Shown one piece after another: positions 24,923 to 34,260 of a DNA stretch of 38,850 bases. The number at the start of each line of letters is the position of its first letter. Position 1 is the first letter of the stretch. The DNA is from Planctomycetota bacterium. Lineage in GTDB: Bacteria; Planctomycetota; Planctomycetia; Pirellulales; Lacipirellulaceae. The notes under the pieces are model-generated. The model was not told where the DNA came from, made no database searches, and worked only from the letters and a program-made list of their open reading frames with translations. The stretch is from contig JBCCXZ010000036.1 of assembly GCA_039190745.1 (NCBI GenBank), positions 1 to 38,850 on the forward strand, read 5' to 3'. A program made the position numbers and the translations under genes.

Positions 24923-25414
24923 TTACCTCTGCCCCTCAGCGGCACCGAAGCCAAACCGACCGACCACGATCCAAAGTACCGAGCCAGCAAACGCGGCCGT
25001 CATCGACGAGACCCAAAAATAGAACCCCGGACCAACACGGGTGATGGTCCCTTCGTTCCCGGCCTCGTCTATCAGCAGTGTCTCACGCCCTAGAAAAACA
25101 AGTGCCAAGTACACGGCCAGCCCAGAGAGTAAGACGCCCGTGATCTGCCAGGTCAGTCTGCTTTCGTCGTCCTCGGCGCATTTGGCCTGATTGACTGCAG
25201 CCGACCAGAGAACAAGCACCACGTTCGCCCCCGCTTCCCAGTAGCCTCCCAACAAGGCAATCGGGGTCAGGAACAGGCACATGTAGCCCGGGTACGTTTC
25301 ATGCCTATTCTCAAAATAGCACACGGACCATGGCAACGATGAGGCATAGAGCACCATTACGGCGAGCAGCACCTTCTGCTGCACAAACTCGGATAGACGC
25401 CGCGCTGCTACCAT
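24923..25414 (-). CDS. Hypothetical membrane protein
   Basis: Several TM helices and a GPGFYFW end motif. ATG overlaps the ABC-F gene end; start uncertain; lower GC. Confidence 0.65.
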   Translation of the reverse strand: MVAARRLSEFVQQKVLLAVMVLYASSLPWSVCYFENRHETYPGYMCLFLTPIALLGGYWEAGANVVLVLWSAAVNQAKCAEDDESRLTWQITGVLLSGLAVYLALVFLGRETLLIDEAGNEGTITRVGPGFYFWVSSMTAAFAGSVLWIVVGRFGFGAAEGQR

Positions 25415-27186
25415 CCTTCCAACTCCGACGAGACCTCCACCCACTCCCCCTCGAGCACCTCCACCTCGCCGCCCACGCGGGCCAGCTCCTCGTGCAGCCG
25501 CTGTGCATCGGCCGCCTCGGTCGCGGTCATCAGCTGGTCGCTGAGCGCCTTCTTCTCTTCGTCCAGCTTCGCAATCTTCCGCTCCAGGGCCCGCAGCTTC
25601 TTCTGCAGATCGCGCTCCTCTTTGCTCCCCGCGCGGGGCGTGCCGCCCTTCGCGTCCGACGGCGCAGCGCCGCGCGTTGTGTGTTCCGCCCGGAGGCCTT
25701 CGGAGACCTCCTTCTCAACGCGGTAGACGTAGTCGTCGTAGCTCGCGGGGTAGGCCGCCACGCGGCCGTCGCGCACCTCGATCACCGCAGTGGCCACCCG
25801 CTGCATGAAGTGCCGGTCGTGGCTGGTGAAGATCACCGTCCCTTCGTACCGGTTGAGCGCCGTTGCGAGCGCCTCGATCGTCTCCACGTCGAGGTGGTTG
25901 CCCGGTTCGTCGAGCACCAGCACGTTGTGCTTCTCCAGCAGCAAGCCGGCGAGCACCAGCCGGGCCCGCTCGCCGCCGCTGAGCACCTTGACCCGCTTCT
26001 CGGCCAGTTCGCCGCTGAACAGGAAGCTGCCCGCGACGTCTTTGATCTGCTGGATCGTCGTCCCCGGCGCCGCCTGGTAGTGCAGGTAGTCTTCCACGGT
26101 CTGCTCTTCCTGCAGCGTGGTGTAGACGTGCTGCGCGTAGACGCCCACCTGGCAGCCGTAGCCCCACTTCATGTGGCCGCCCAGCGGGTCGAGCGAGCCG
26201 CACACCGTTCGCAAGAACGTCGTCTTCCCCTGCCCGTTGTCCCCCACCACGCCGACCCGCCAGCCGTGCTCCACCTCCACGGCCACCTCATCGGCCACGC
26301 GTTTGTCGGGGTAGCCGATCGCCATCCGCTCGGTGCGCAGCGCCGTGCCGTGCCGCGGCTCGATCTTGGGGAAGCTGAACCCCACCGAGGCCTCCTCGCC
26401 CCGCACGTCGACCAGCTCCAGCCGCTCGAGCTGCTTCGCCTTGCTGCGGGCCTGGCTGGCCGTGTTCGCGTTGGCCCGGTTCTTGTTGATGAACGTCTCG
26501 AGCTGCTTTCGCTTGGTGAGCGTCGCGGCGTTCACCCGCTTGTCGTGCTCGCGGCGTTCTTCGAGGTTCTCGAGGTACGACTCCACGTCGCCGGGGTACA
26601 TCGTGAGCTGCCCCCGCGAGAGCTCGAGCGTGTGGTTGCACGTGCGCTTGAGGAACGCCCGGTCGTGCGACACCACCAGGCACCCGCCCTTGTAGTCGCG
26701 CAAGAACTCCTCGAGCAGCACCTGCGTGCGTAGGTCGAGGAAGTTCGTCGGCTCGTCGAGGATCAACAGGTTGGGGTCGTGCAGCAGCAGCGCAGCCAGC
26801 TTCACGCGCGTCTGCCAGCCGCCCGAGAGCGAACGCACCGGCTGGTCGAGCATCGGGTCGGGCAGCTGGAACGTCCACGCGATCTCGCCGCACCGCCACT
26901 CGGGCTGGTCGCTGTCGCGCTTGAGGAAATCCAGCACGGTCTCGCCGTCCTCGAACGGGTCGTGCTGCCGCAAATACCCGAGCCGCAGCTTCCGGCTGCG
27001 GACGACCTCGCCCGAGTCGAGCTCCTCGTCGCCCAGCAGCACCCGGCAGAGCGTGCTCTTGCCGGCGCCGTTGCGGCCGATGAGCCCCACCTTCTGGTCG
27101 TCGGCCAGCGCGCACCCGGCGCCGTCGAGCAGTTCTTGCTCGCCATACCGCTTGTGGGCGTCCTGCAACTGAAGAACAACGGCCAT
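25408..27186 (-). CDS. ABC-F family ATPase
   Basis: Two NBDs (GRNGAGKST/LSGGW/LDEPTN and GDNGQGKTT/LSGGE/LDEPGNHLD), no TM domain, C-terminal coiled coil. Confidence 0.95.
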   Translation of the reverse strand: MAVVLQLQDAHKRYGEQELLDGAGCALADDQKVGLIGRNGAGKSTLCRVLLGDEELDSGEVVRSRKLRLGYLRQHDPFEDGETVLDFLKRDSDQPEWRCGEIAWTFQLPDPMLDQPVRSLSGGWQTRVKLAALLLHDPNLLILDEPTNFLDLRTQVLLEEFLRDYKGGCLVVSHDRAFLKRTCNHTLELSRGQLTMYPGDVESYLENLEERREHDKRVNAATLTKRKQLETFINKNRANANTASQARSKAKQLERLELVDVRGEEASVGFSFPKIEPRHGTALRTERMAIGYPDKRVADEVAVEVEHGWRVGVVGDNGQGKTTFLRTVCGSLDPLGGHMKWGYGCQVGVYAQHVYTTLQEEQTVEDYLHYQAAPGTTIQQIKDVAGSFLFSGELAEKRVKVLSGGERARLVLAGLLLEKHNVLVLDEPGNHLDVETIEALATALNRYEGTVIFTSHDRHFMQRVATAVIEVRDGRVAAYPASYDDYVYRVEKEVSEGLRAEHTTRGAAPSDAKGGTPRAGSKEERDLQKKLRALERKIAKLDEEKKALSDQLMTATEAADAQRLHEELARVGGEVEVLEGEWVEVSSELEGW

Positions 27187-27206
27187 GTTGGGAGGTCGAT
27201 TTACGG

Positions 27207-27485
27207 GAAGGGGATGGGGGGGGTGTTGGGGATAAAGGGGGATGAATCCAGGGAGTGGCGATGTTGGGGTCGCGATCGTCAAGAGGCTAATGCCTGCTCT
27301 ATGGACGAAAGGAAGGTGAAAGAATGGAGTTTAGACACTGAGGAAAGACGAACCCCAAGTCTCCTTCTCTATCCTTTTCTTCTCCTATGTATCGCTTCTC
27401 TCTAAATCAGCCTCATCACAAGCAATCAGATGCTCCGCACCGAAAGGCCATCCCCCAACATCTCCATCATCCCCCCATCCCCTTC
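27207..27485. repeat. Purine/pyrimidine-biased inverted repeat bracketing a lower-GC spacer
   Basis: GAAGGGGATGGGGGG (27207-27221) pairs with CCCCCCATCCCCTTC (27471-27485); additional TGTTGGGG/CCCCAACA copies nearby. Confidence 0.6.
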
Positions 27486-29122
27486 TTCTTCAATGCGCCC
27501 ACCAGCGCGAAAACGGTGCAGCATACCAGACACAAACCCGCGAACCAGTCGCCGTGGCGGGTGTAGAACGTCGGGTCGCGTCGCTCTTCAGGAACGGGTA
27601 CGTCGACGATCAGAAAACCCGGCTTCTGCCGCCGTGTGACTTTCACAATGTGCCCCGTCCTGGAGATGTACGCGCTCAGCCCGCCGTTGGCGGCGATCAC
27701 CATCGGCGTGCGGTTCTCGACCGCCCGGAAGACGCCGCACGCCAGGTGCATGTCCAGCTCGCTGGAGCCCTTGAACCACGCGTCGTTAGTGAGGTTCACC
27801 AGCACGTCCGGCCGCTGGCCCTCGTTGGCGAGCGTCTTCACCTGCCGGCGGATGAAGTGCGGCACGGCCGACTCGTAGCAGATGTTTACCGAGTAGGTGA
27901 CGCCGTCCAGCTCCATCGCCACCGGTGCCTTACCCGGTTGCGTCCCCCCCGCGATCGGCATCATCCCCGCCAGCCCAGGCACCCAGTCCGCAAGCGGGAT
28001 GTACTCCCCGAACGGCACCAGGTGCATCTTGTCGTACACGCCGACGATCTCACCGTCGGGCCGCACCATGATCGACGAGTTGTAGACGTCCGAACCGACG
28101 GCAATGCTCGCCGTCGCCTCGCGGTCGTGCGGCGCACGGACCCCAAACCGGTTCACTCCAACCAGCAGCGCCGCGTCCGCGCCCTTCGCAATCTCCGTCA
28201 GGTACTCAGGCGTCTGCTTGAGGCGCTCTTCGTCCAATAACCCCTCCGGCGGCGTGTACCCCGGCACGAGCACCGAGTACGTGTAGGGGAACATGCACTC
28301 CGGCCAGACGATCAAATCGAGCGGCTCGTCGGAAGCCTCGACCGCTTGCGAAGTCAGCTCCAGATGCTGCTTGAGCACATCTTCGAGCGTTTCCGCGCGC
28401 ACAGAGAATAGTGCGGGGGCGGTGCCTTGGATGAGGGCGATGCGCGAGGTCGGTGATTCGATCGGAGACCAATGAACCGAAACCCAAGCAGGCGATAATG
28501 AGGTCGGTATGTAGACCGCTACGGGAAGAAAAGGAACGATCCAAGCCTTGCGTGGAAAGTAGGCCTCCCCTTTGCCGAAAAGGAGGAATGCGGACGCAGC
28601 GACAAACAGGATCGCAAACGAGATACCATATTCGCCCGTGAGATCAGACAGTTGGATGAGGCCGGGCCAATCGTAGAGTGCGTGAGCCAGCGACCCCATC
28701 AAAAACCCGCTAAACAAATGCCCGCGCACCCAGTCGAGCCCCACCCACACCGCCGGCGCCGCGAACCACAGCGGCACGCGCAGCCGATGGACGCCCACCC
28801 GCGCCAGCCACACAAATGCCGGCAGGTAGGCCCCCAAGTACGCCGCCAGCAGGAACAGCCCGAGGTGGTTCAGCGGGTGCGGCAATCGGATCCAGTGCAG
28901 GGTGAGCAGCCAAAACACCCCCCCAGCGAGCCACACCTTCAGGTAGGGCCTCTGCCCAGAGAGCGTCGGCCGCTGCACCAACAGCAGCCACGCCATGGGC
29001 CCCAAGAAAACCAGCGGCGACCACCCCACCGGCGGGAACGCTAGGAACGTCGCCACGCTCCCCAGCAGCGCAGGCGCGAAGACGCCTTCTCGAAAACCAA
29101 CGCGTAGCCGCTTCCCGTCCAT
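27467..29122 (-). CDS. lnt: Apolipoprotein N-acyltransferase
   Basis: N-terminal TM helices; nitrilase-fold triad motifs IVWPE, YDKMHLVPFGEY and ICYE; TNDAWF and RAVENR. Confidence 0.95.
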   Translation of the reverse strand: MDGKRLRVGFREGVFAPALLGSVATFLAFPPVGWSPLVFLGPMAWLLLVQRPTLSGQRPYLKVWLAGGVFWLLTLHWIRLPHPLNHLGLFLLAAYLGAYLPAFVWLARVGVHRLRVPLWFAAPAVWVGLDWVRGHLFSGFLMGSLAHALYDWPGLIQLSDLTGEYGISFAILFVAASAFLLFGKGEAYFPRKAWIVPFLPVAVYIPTSLSPAWVSVHWSPIESPTSRIALIQGTAPALFSVRAETLEDVLKQHLELTSQAVEASDEPLDLIVWPECMFPYTYSVLVPGYTPPEGLLDEERLKQTPEYLTEIAKGADAALLVGVNRFGVRAPHDREATASIAVGSDVYNSSIMVRPDGEIVGVYDKMHLVPFGEYIPLADWVPGLAGMMPIAGGTQPGKAPVAMELDGVTYSVNICYESAVPHFIRRQVKTLANEGQRPDVLVNLTNDAWFKGSSELDMHLACGVFRAVENRTPMVIAANGGLSAYISRTGHIVKVTRRQKPGFLIVDVPVPEERRDPTFYTRHGDWFAGLCLVCCTVFALVGALKKKGMGG

Positions 29123-29173
29123 GCCGACAAGCTACGGCCCTAGGAATCTGCTAACCAGATCAATTCCCCAATA

Positions 29174-29197
29174 GCCGCGACGCTGCGCGTCGCAGGC
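29174..29197. repeat. Short GC-rich palindrome (REP-like hairpin)
   Basis: GCC-GCGACGC-tgc-GCGTCGC-a-GGC, just downstream of the metallophosphoesterase gene. Confidence 0.4.
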
Positions 29198-29212
29198 GCC
29201 CCGCCGAGCGGC

Positions 29213-30085
29213 TCACGCCGCCGTCAGCGTAAACACCGTGATCTCCGGCCGGCAGTTGAACCGCACCCGCTGCATGTAGCCCAGCCCGCGGTTGATATAC
29301 ATCCGCCGACCCTCAGCCAGCTCGTACTCGCCCGCGATGTAGTCGCGGTTCACGCACGGCAGCACCGGCGGCCTGAAGAACGGCGGCTTGCACTGCCCGC
29401 CGTGCGTGTGCCCGGCCAAGAACCAGCCGCGGAACGACGCCCACGCCCGCTCGTCCGCCGCGTCGGGGTTGTGTACCAGGGCCACCGCGTCGCGGTCGGT
29501 CGCCAACTCCCGCGCGGTCCGCTCGGCGTCGAACCGGCTGGTCATGAACTCGTCGAGCCCAGCGATCTGCAGCCCGCCCATGTGCGCCACTTCGTTCTGC
29601 AGCACCCGGACATCGAGCCGTTCCAGGCGATCGACTAAGCCGTCCGCTACCTTGGGGAACGACCACCGGTGGCCGTAGTCATGGTTGCCCAGCACCGCAA
29701 AACGCCCCAGTGGCGCCGGCGCGAGCTCGGCCAGCACCTCCTCCGCCTGCGCGAGCTGCTCGGCGTGGTCGCACGTCATGAAGTCGCCGGTGAGCACAAT
29801 CGCGTCCGGCCGCAACCGTTCGAGCCTCTGGAGCTGGTCGATCATCCACCGCTTGTCGACCACCGGCCCGATGTGCAGGTCGCTCACCTGCACCAGCCGT
29901 TTGCCTGCGAGCCCTGACGGCAAGCCGGCCAGCGGCATCGTCCGCTCGACCACCTCCGGCCAGTGCGGCTCAACACGCCAGGTGTACAGACCGACGCCCG
30001 CCCCGCCCGCAACAGCCGCTGCGGCCGTGCGACGCAGAAAACCGCGCCGGCTAACGTTCGTGTGGGGTTCGTGTCCGTCCATCAT
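29213..30085 (-). CDS. Metallophosphoesterase (YkuE/YaeI-like) with twin-arginine-like N-terminus
   Basis: SRRGFL; SDLH, TGDF, GNHD, HNPD and GHTHGGQ motifs. Confidence 0.93.
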   Translation of the reverse strand: MMDGHEPHTNVSRRGFLRRTAAAAVAGGAGVGLYTWRVEPHWPEVVERTMPLAGLPSGLAGKRLVQVSDLHIGPVVDKRWMIDQLQRLERLRPDAIVLTGDFMTCDHAEQLAQAEEVLAELAPAPLGRFAVLGNHDYGHRWSFPKVADGLVDRLERLDVRVLQNEVAHMGGLQIAGLDEFMTSRFDAERTARELATDRDAVALVHNPDAADERAWASFRGWFLAGHTHGGQCKPPFFRPPVLPCVNRDYIAGEYELAEGRRMYINRGLGYMQRVRFNCRPEITVFTLTAA

Positions 30086-30157
30086 CCGCGTTGATCGCCG
30101 CCAAGAATCGAGCCAAACTGGGAATCGACCTCACGCCCCACAGCCGAGCCGCAAACC

Positions 30158-30361
30158 ATGCCAACTGCCTTACGCACCACAATCCACAGGGTTCGCCGAT
30201 GGGCCCTCCCCGCGGCGCTGCTACTAGCTATCGGCGGCTGCTGGGAGGTGGTGCACTACGACCCGCCGGGGTCGGAAAGTACCGACTCCACGGCGAACCA
30301 ACCGGCACAAACTGGGGGAACCGGCGTCACCAACGACGCAAAGCCGCCCACCACACCGTAA
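30158..30361 (+). CDS. Putative small lipoprotein (67 aa)
   Basis: Basic n-region, hydrophobic LPAALLLAIGG-C lipobox-like site, P/T/S-rich tail; weak RBS. Confidence 0.45.
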   Translation: MPTALRTTIHRVRRWALPAALLLAIGGCWEVVHYDPPGSESTDSTANQPAQTGGTGVTNDAKPPTTP

Positions 30362-32516
30362 AGCTTAGTAGCGCCAGGACCGCCGAAGGTTCCGGCACCG
30401 CCGAAACCGGCGATAGATCCGTGCCGAAGTTCCGCTGCCAATCGAGCAGCCCCGCCGAATCGAACCCCGGCGTCCCCACCCCGGCCTGCCAGGCCGTTAA
30501 GTCGTCGTCGTCGACGTCGAGGTCGCCGTCGAAGTCGCCCGGCAGCGTCGATATCACCGAGAGGAGCACCCCGGTCGCGTCGTACGCCAGCCCCCAGACA
30601 AGGCCGCCCGGCAGCCGCACCGAATCGAACTCGCCGAAGCTCTCGTCGCCCGCCTGCACGATGCGGAACGCGTCCCCAATCCCCGGCGTGTAACCGCCCG
30701 CGAGCTCGACCTCCAGAGCGCCGCTAAGGAACACGAACCGCTCGGCGTCGACCTGGTCAAACTGCGTGCCTGCAATCGTCCCGCCCAGCTCGATCTCGAG
30801 CGTGCCCAGCTCGCCCTGCGAATAGTCGCCCAACACATCAAGCCGCCCGAACACATCGCCCAGCGGGTCTCCCGGCGCCACCACGCCCGCCTCGTTGCGG
30901 ACCGAGCCCGAGAGCGGCCCCGACCCGAGCATCAACTCGCCGTCGCCCGTCAGCGATCCGCCCTCGATCTGCACGAACTGCGCGTCGAGACCGCCCCCGC
31001 CCAGATGCAGCGTCCCGCCGGCGTTGATCTCCACATCGGCGAACACGGTCAGCGTCGCCCGGTTCTCCACGTCGACCGTCATGCCCGCCTGGCCGTTGCC
31101 CTCAAGGGTCAACCGGAACACGGTCGAGTCGGCCGACACCTCGGCAATCTGCGACTGGCCCGAACGCGGCGCCACGGTCACGTCCCACAACTCACCGGGC
31201 GTGCCGGGGCTCGCCCAGCTCGATGTCGCCGCCCAGTCGCCACCGGCGCCCGCCGCGTTCCACCGCCGCTCGTCGGTCACCTTGTCGCCGATGTAAAGGC
31301 TCGGCCCCACGCCGCCCTGGCCGATCGAGGGCGTCGTGTCGATCGCGATGTTCCGCCCCACAAAGGCGTGCATGCCCAGGATGCCGTCCACGATGTTCCC
31401 CGGGTCGGTCGGATTCGTCACGTCGAGCACCGCCACCGGCACGTTGGTCAGTTCGAAGCTGCCTCCCACCGTGTCGAGCCTCAGCGTGTCGACCACAAAC
31501 CCCGGGATGCCGTCCTGGATGCCCCCCGAACCCTCCACCTGCACGATGAAGTCGGGCGTATCGAGAACCGGGTCGAACCCCAGCCGCACCGCCGTCTGCT
31601 GCGAGACCACCGTGAAGTCGGCCCCCGTGTCGAACAGAAACTCTTTGTCGTCGATCGCGTCGCCGTCGCGGGTCATATCGACGTCGATCAACAAACCGCC
31701 GTTCTCAATCAGCGACGGCGTGGTCGGGTTCTCGTGCAGCGGCTCGAAGCCGAGCAGATCGAGGCTCTGCACGTAGATCGGCCCCTGCACGAAGCCGATG
31801 CCCGGCCGGAGCTTCAGCGCCGACCGCCGCACGATGCCGTGCGTCGTGCTCCCAAGGTCAGTGAACTCCACCTGCGGCGAGCGGACCGTGCGGCCCTGGT
31901 ACTCAAAAATCTGCGGCTGGTCGTTGCGGATCACCAGTTGGTGCTGCGCCGCCATCGGCAGGCCCAGGATGCTCGGCAGCTCGAACGCCGGCGGAGCCGA
32001 CAGCGTCGCGAAGCTCGACTGCCCTCGGAAAGCCGAGTCAGGGAAGTCCAGCGCCGCCCCCGCACCGGTCCGGTCAGCCAGCCCCGCGGCGAAGAACCCG
32101 TGCGGGTTGTTCACCCCGAGGTTGATGACGCCCGTTGCGCCGCCGATCTGCTGCACCCCCAAGCCGTCGAAGCCGTTGCCGTCGATGTCGAACCCCGCCG
32201 ACCCCGAGGCCTCGGCGTTGAGGATGTGCGTCACCGCCCCCGTGTCGACCAGCGCCAAATCAAAGTACTCGCCGCTGGCGCCGGTGAGTTTCGACCCCAC
32301 GAGTGAGGTCTCCGTATCAGTGAAGAAGAAGTCGGCGGCCCCGAACACATCGCCGCTCTTGAACTCGTCGGTCAGCGTGATCCCCGCGAATGGCAGGAAC
32401 CCGCCGAAGGGCACGTCGGTCTCCACCGCCGCCACGCGCGGCGTCGCGAGAAACACGGCGCAGAACGCCGCAAGCAATACCTGCCGGCAAACGAGCCGGT
32501 ACACAAAATCAGCCAC
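30327..32516 (-). CDS. Secreted aspartic-protease-family protein with dockerin-like repeat and PEP-CTERM sorting signal
   Basis: GTG start after AGGAG, signal peptide, ALVDTGA and FLFDTGA motifs, GDFDGDLDVDDDDL, and VPEPS + TM + RR. Confidence 0.85.
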   Translation of the reverse strand: MADFVYRLVCRQVLLAAFCAVFLATPRVAAVETDVPFGGFLPFAGITLTDEFKSGDVFGAADFFFTDTETSLVGSKLTGASGEYFDLALVDTGAVTHILNAEASGSAGFDIDGNGFDGLGVQQIGGATGVINLGVNNPHGFFAAGLADRTGAGAALDFPDSAFRGQSSFATLSAPPAFELPSILGLPMAAQHQLVIRNDQPQIFEYQGRTVRSPQVEFTDLGSTTHGIVRRSALKLRPGIGFVQGPIYVQSLDLLGFEPLHENPTTPSLIENGGLLIDVDMTRDGDAIDDKEFLFDTGADFTVVSQQTAVRLGFDPVLDTPDFIVQVEGSGGIQDGIPGFVVDTLRLDTVGGSFELTNVPVAVLDVTNPTDPGNIVDGILGMHAFVGRNIAIDTTPSIGQGGVGPSLYIGDKVTDERRWNAAGAGGDWAATSSWASPGTPGELWDVTVAPRSGQSQIAEVSADSTVFRLTLEGNGQAGMTVDVENRATLTVFADVEINAGGTLHLGGGGLDAQFVQIEGGSLTGDGELMLGSGPLSGSVRNEAGVVAPGDPLGDVFGRLDVLGDYSQGELGTLEIELGGTIAGTQFDQVDAERFVFLSGALEVELAGGYTPGIGDAFRIVQAGDESFGEFDSVRLPGGLVWGLAYDATGVLLSVISTLPGDFDGDLDVDDDDLTAWQAGVGTPGFDSAGLLDWQRNFGTDLSPVSAVPEPSAVLALLSFTVWWAALRRW

Positions 32517-32822
32517 AGCAAACTCCTGGAAAGAGGGTCGCTCTCCCGGCCGGGGGAATATGGAATGAGAGCAATCGGCCGGGCCGTCGAAGCGGTGCGC
32601 GCAAACCCATCGTGGGTCGCCGCGATGCCGCCGGCCCCGCGTCCGCGATCGCGGCCCGTGCGGGGGAAGAGTGCCCTTCTCGTGCGTCCCGGCGGCAGCC
32701 CCAACGCCATCCTGCAAGCTAAACACGCCCTCCGGGCTGGTCAAGCAACAGGGGGCTCCGGGTATCCTGACGGCCGAAGAGATTTCTACACGACAAACTA
32801 CACACCCGAGGTGCAAGAGAAC

Positions 32823-33317
32823 ATGTACCTGGCGCTCCTGATTCTCAGCACCGTCGGCAACGGCCTCATGGCAGGCCTCTTCTGCTCGTTCTCCAACTTC
32901 ATGATGAAGGCCCTCGCCGACCTGCCCCCCGCCGAAGGCGCCCGCGCGATGCAGTCCATCAACCGCGTGATCCTCAACCCGCCGTTCTTCGCGGTGTTCT
33001 TCGGCACGGCCGCGCTGAGCCTTGTGGCCGTCGTGCTCGGCGTGCGGAACCTCGGCAATCCTAGTGCGGCGTGGGCGCTCGCCGGCGGCGCCGCTTATGT
33101 CCTTGGTTGCTTCGCCGTGACCGCCGCCGGCAACGTGCCACTGAACGACAAGCTCGAAGCCGTCGACGCCGACAGCGAAGAAGGCCAAGCACTCTGGGCC
33201 GACTACCTCGTCCGCTGGACATGGCTCAACCACCTCCGTTCGGCGGCGACGCTGTTCTCGACGGCCGCGTTTACGATCGCGGCGTACTACGCCGGTCGAG
33301 CCGTCGCGCTTCAGTAG
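32823..33317 (+). CDS. DUF1772 / anthrone-oxygenase-family membrane protein
   Basis: GLMAGLF.SFS.F.M.AL, AMQSIN, GNVPLN..L and W..Y..RWT..NH.R. Confidence 0.9.
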   Translation: MYLALLILSTVGNGLMAGLFCSFSNFMMKALADLPPAEGARAMQSINRVILNPPFFAVFFGTAALSLVAVVLGVRNLGNPSAAWALAGGAAYVLGCFAVTAAGNVPLNDKLEAVDADSEEGQALWADYLVRWTWLNHLRSAATLFSTAAFTIAAYYAGRAVALQ

Positions 33318-34180
33318 TCACTCGACCCGTAGAACACCGCCGCCTCCAGCCCGGTCCGCTCCCGGACCTTCGCCGCGATCGCGTCGACTTCTTCATCGGC
33401 CAACGGCGAGACGATCGCCTCCGCCGGACGCCGGGCCACCGTGTAGACCTGCACCAGCTTCAGCGACCCGCCCGCCGCAACCACCTCGTTCAGCCGGTCG
33501 CAGAACGCCTCGATCTCCGCCCCGCTCGGCCCCTCGCCCGCCACACGCATAAACAGCGCCTGGATCACCAGCGGCCGCACCCGCGCCGCCGCGGCGATGT
33601 TGTCGAGCACCTGCTGGAACGGGATCGGCGTCCGCTCGATGAAGCGGTAGTACTCCTCGGTGCCCGCGTCGAGCTTGGCCCACACCTCGCCCTGGTTTGC
33701 GTCCAGCAGCTCCAGCCCCCGCACCACGTGCGGCCGGTGGAACATGCTCGCGTTGGTGATCAGCACCATCTTCACCTCGTCGAGCCCCAGCGAACGCTTC
33801 ACCCCCGCGCACCGCTCGATGATCTCGTCGAAGTTCCGGTAGGTGGTTGGCTCGCCGTCGCCGCTGAAGGCGATGTCGTTCAGCCGCCGCAGAGGCTCGG
33901 GCGTGTCGGCGAACTTCGCCGTGGCGTAGACCTCGCCGCTGGCGACCAGGCGCAGCACGCTCTCCAGTTCCGCGAGCAGCCCGTCCAGCTCCACGAACCG
34001 CGTCTCACTCTGCGTGGTGCGGTCCACCTGGCAGTAGATGCAGTCGAAGTTGCAGACCTTGTCCGGGTTGAGGTTCACCCCCACCGACACCCCGCCCGAC
34101 CGCCGGCTCAGCACCGGGTAGACAAAGCGGTTCGCCTCGAACGAGCGCTCGTGCAGCGTATGGAGCTTGTGGGTGGACAA
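33311..34180 (-). CDS. Radical SAM protein
   Basis: YPVLSRRSGG.S.G.NL, CNFDCIYC (CxxxCxxC) and AFSGDGEPT. Start is TTG 34180 or TTG 34231. Confidence 0.92.
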   Translation of the reverse strand: MSTHKLHTLHERSFEANRFVYPVLSRRSGGVSVGVNLNPDKVCNFDCIYCQVDRTTQSETRFVELDGLLAELESVLRLVASGEVYATAKFADTPEPLRRLNDIAFSGDGEPTTYRNFDEIIERCAGVKRSLGLDEVKMVLITNASMFHRPHVVRGLELLDANQGEVWAKLDAGTEEYYRFIERTPIPFQQVLDNIAAAARVRPLVIQALFMRVAGEGPSGAEIEAFCDRLNEVVAAGGSLKLVQVYTVARRPAEAIVSPLADEEVDAIAAKVRERTGLEAAVFYGSSDY

Positions 34181-34181
34181 C

Positions 34182-34222
34182 GGAGTGGGAGTGGGGAGAG
34201 GGAGTGGGAGTGGGAGTGGGAG
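34182..34222. repeat. (GGGAGT)n hexamer tandem repeat
   Basis: About 6-7 units, partly degenerate, at the 5' end of the radical SAM gene. Confidence 0.85.
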
Positions 34223-34260
34223 CAAAGACAACGGTACCTATAGTACCGCAGCACCGACCC

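Noticed and set aside
32517..33233. N-terminal 239 aa of the 968-aa ORF
   Set aside because: Overlaps the DUF1772 gene on the opposite strand; RBS and signal peptide indicate a start at 32516.
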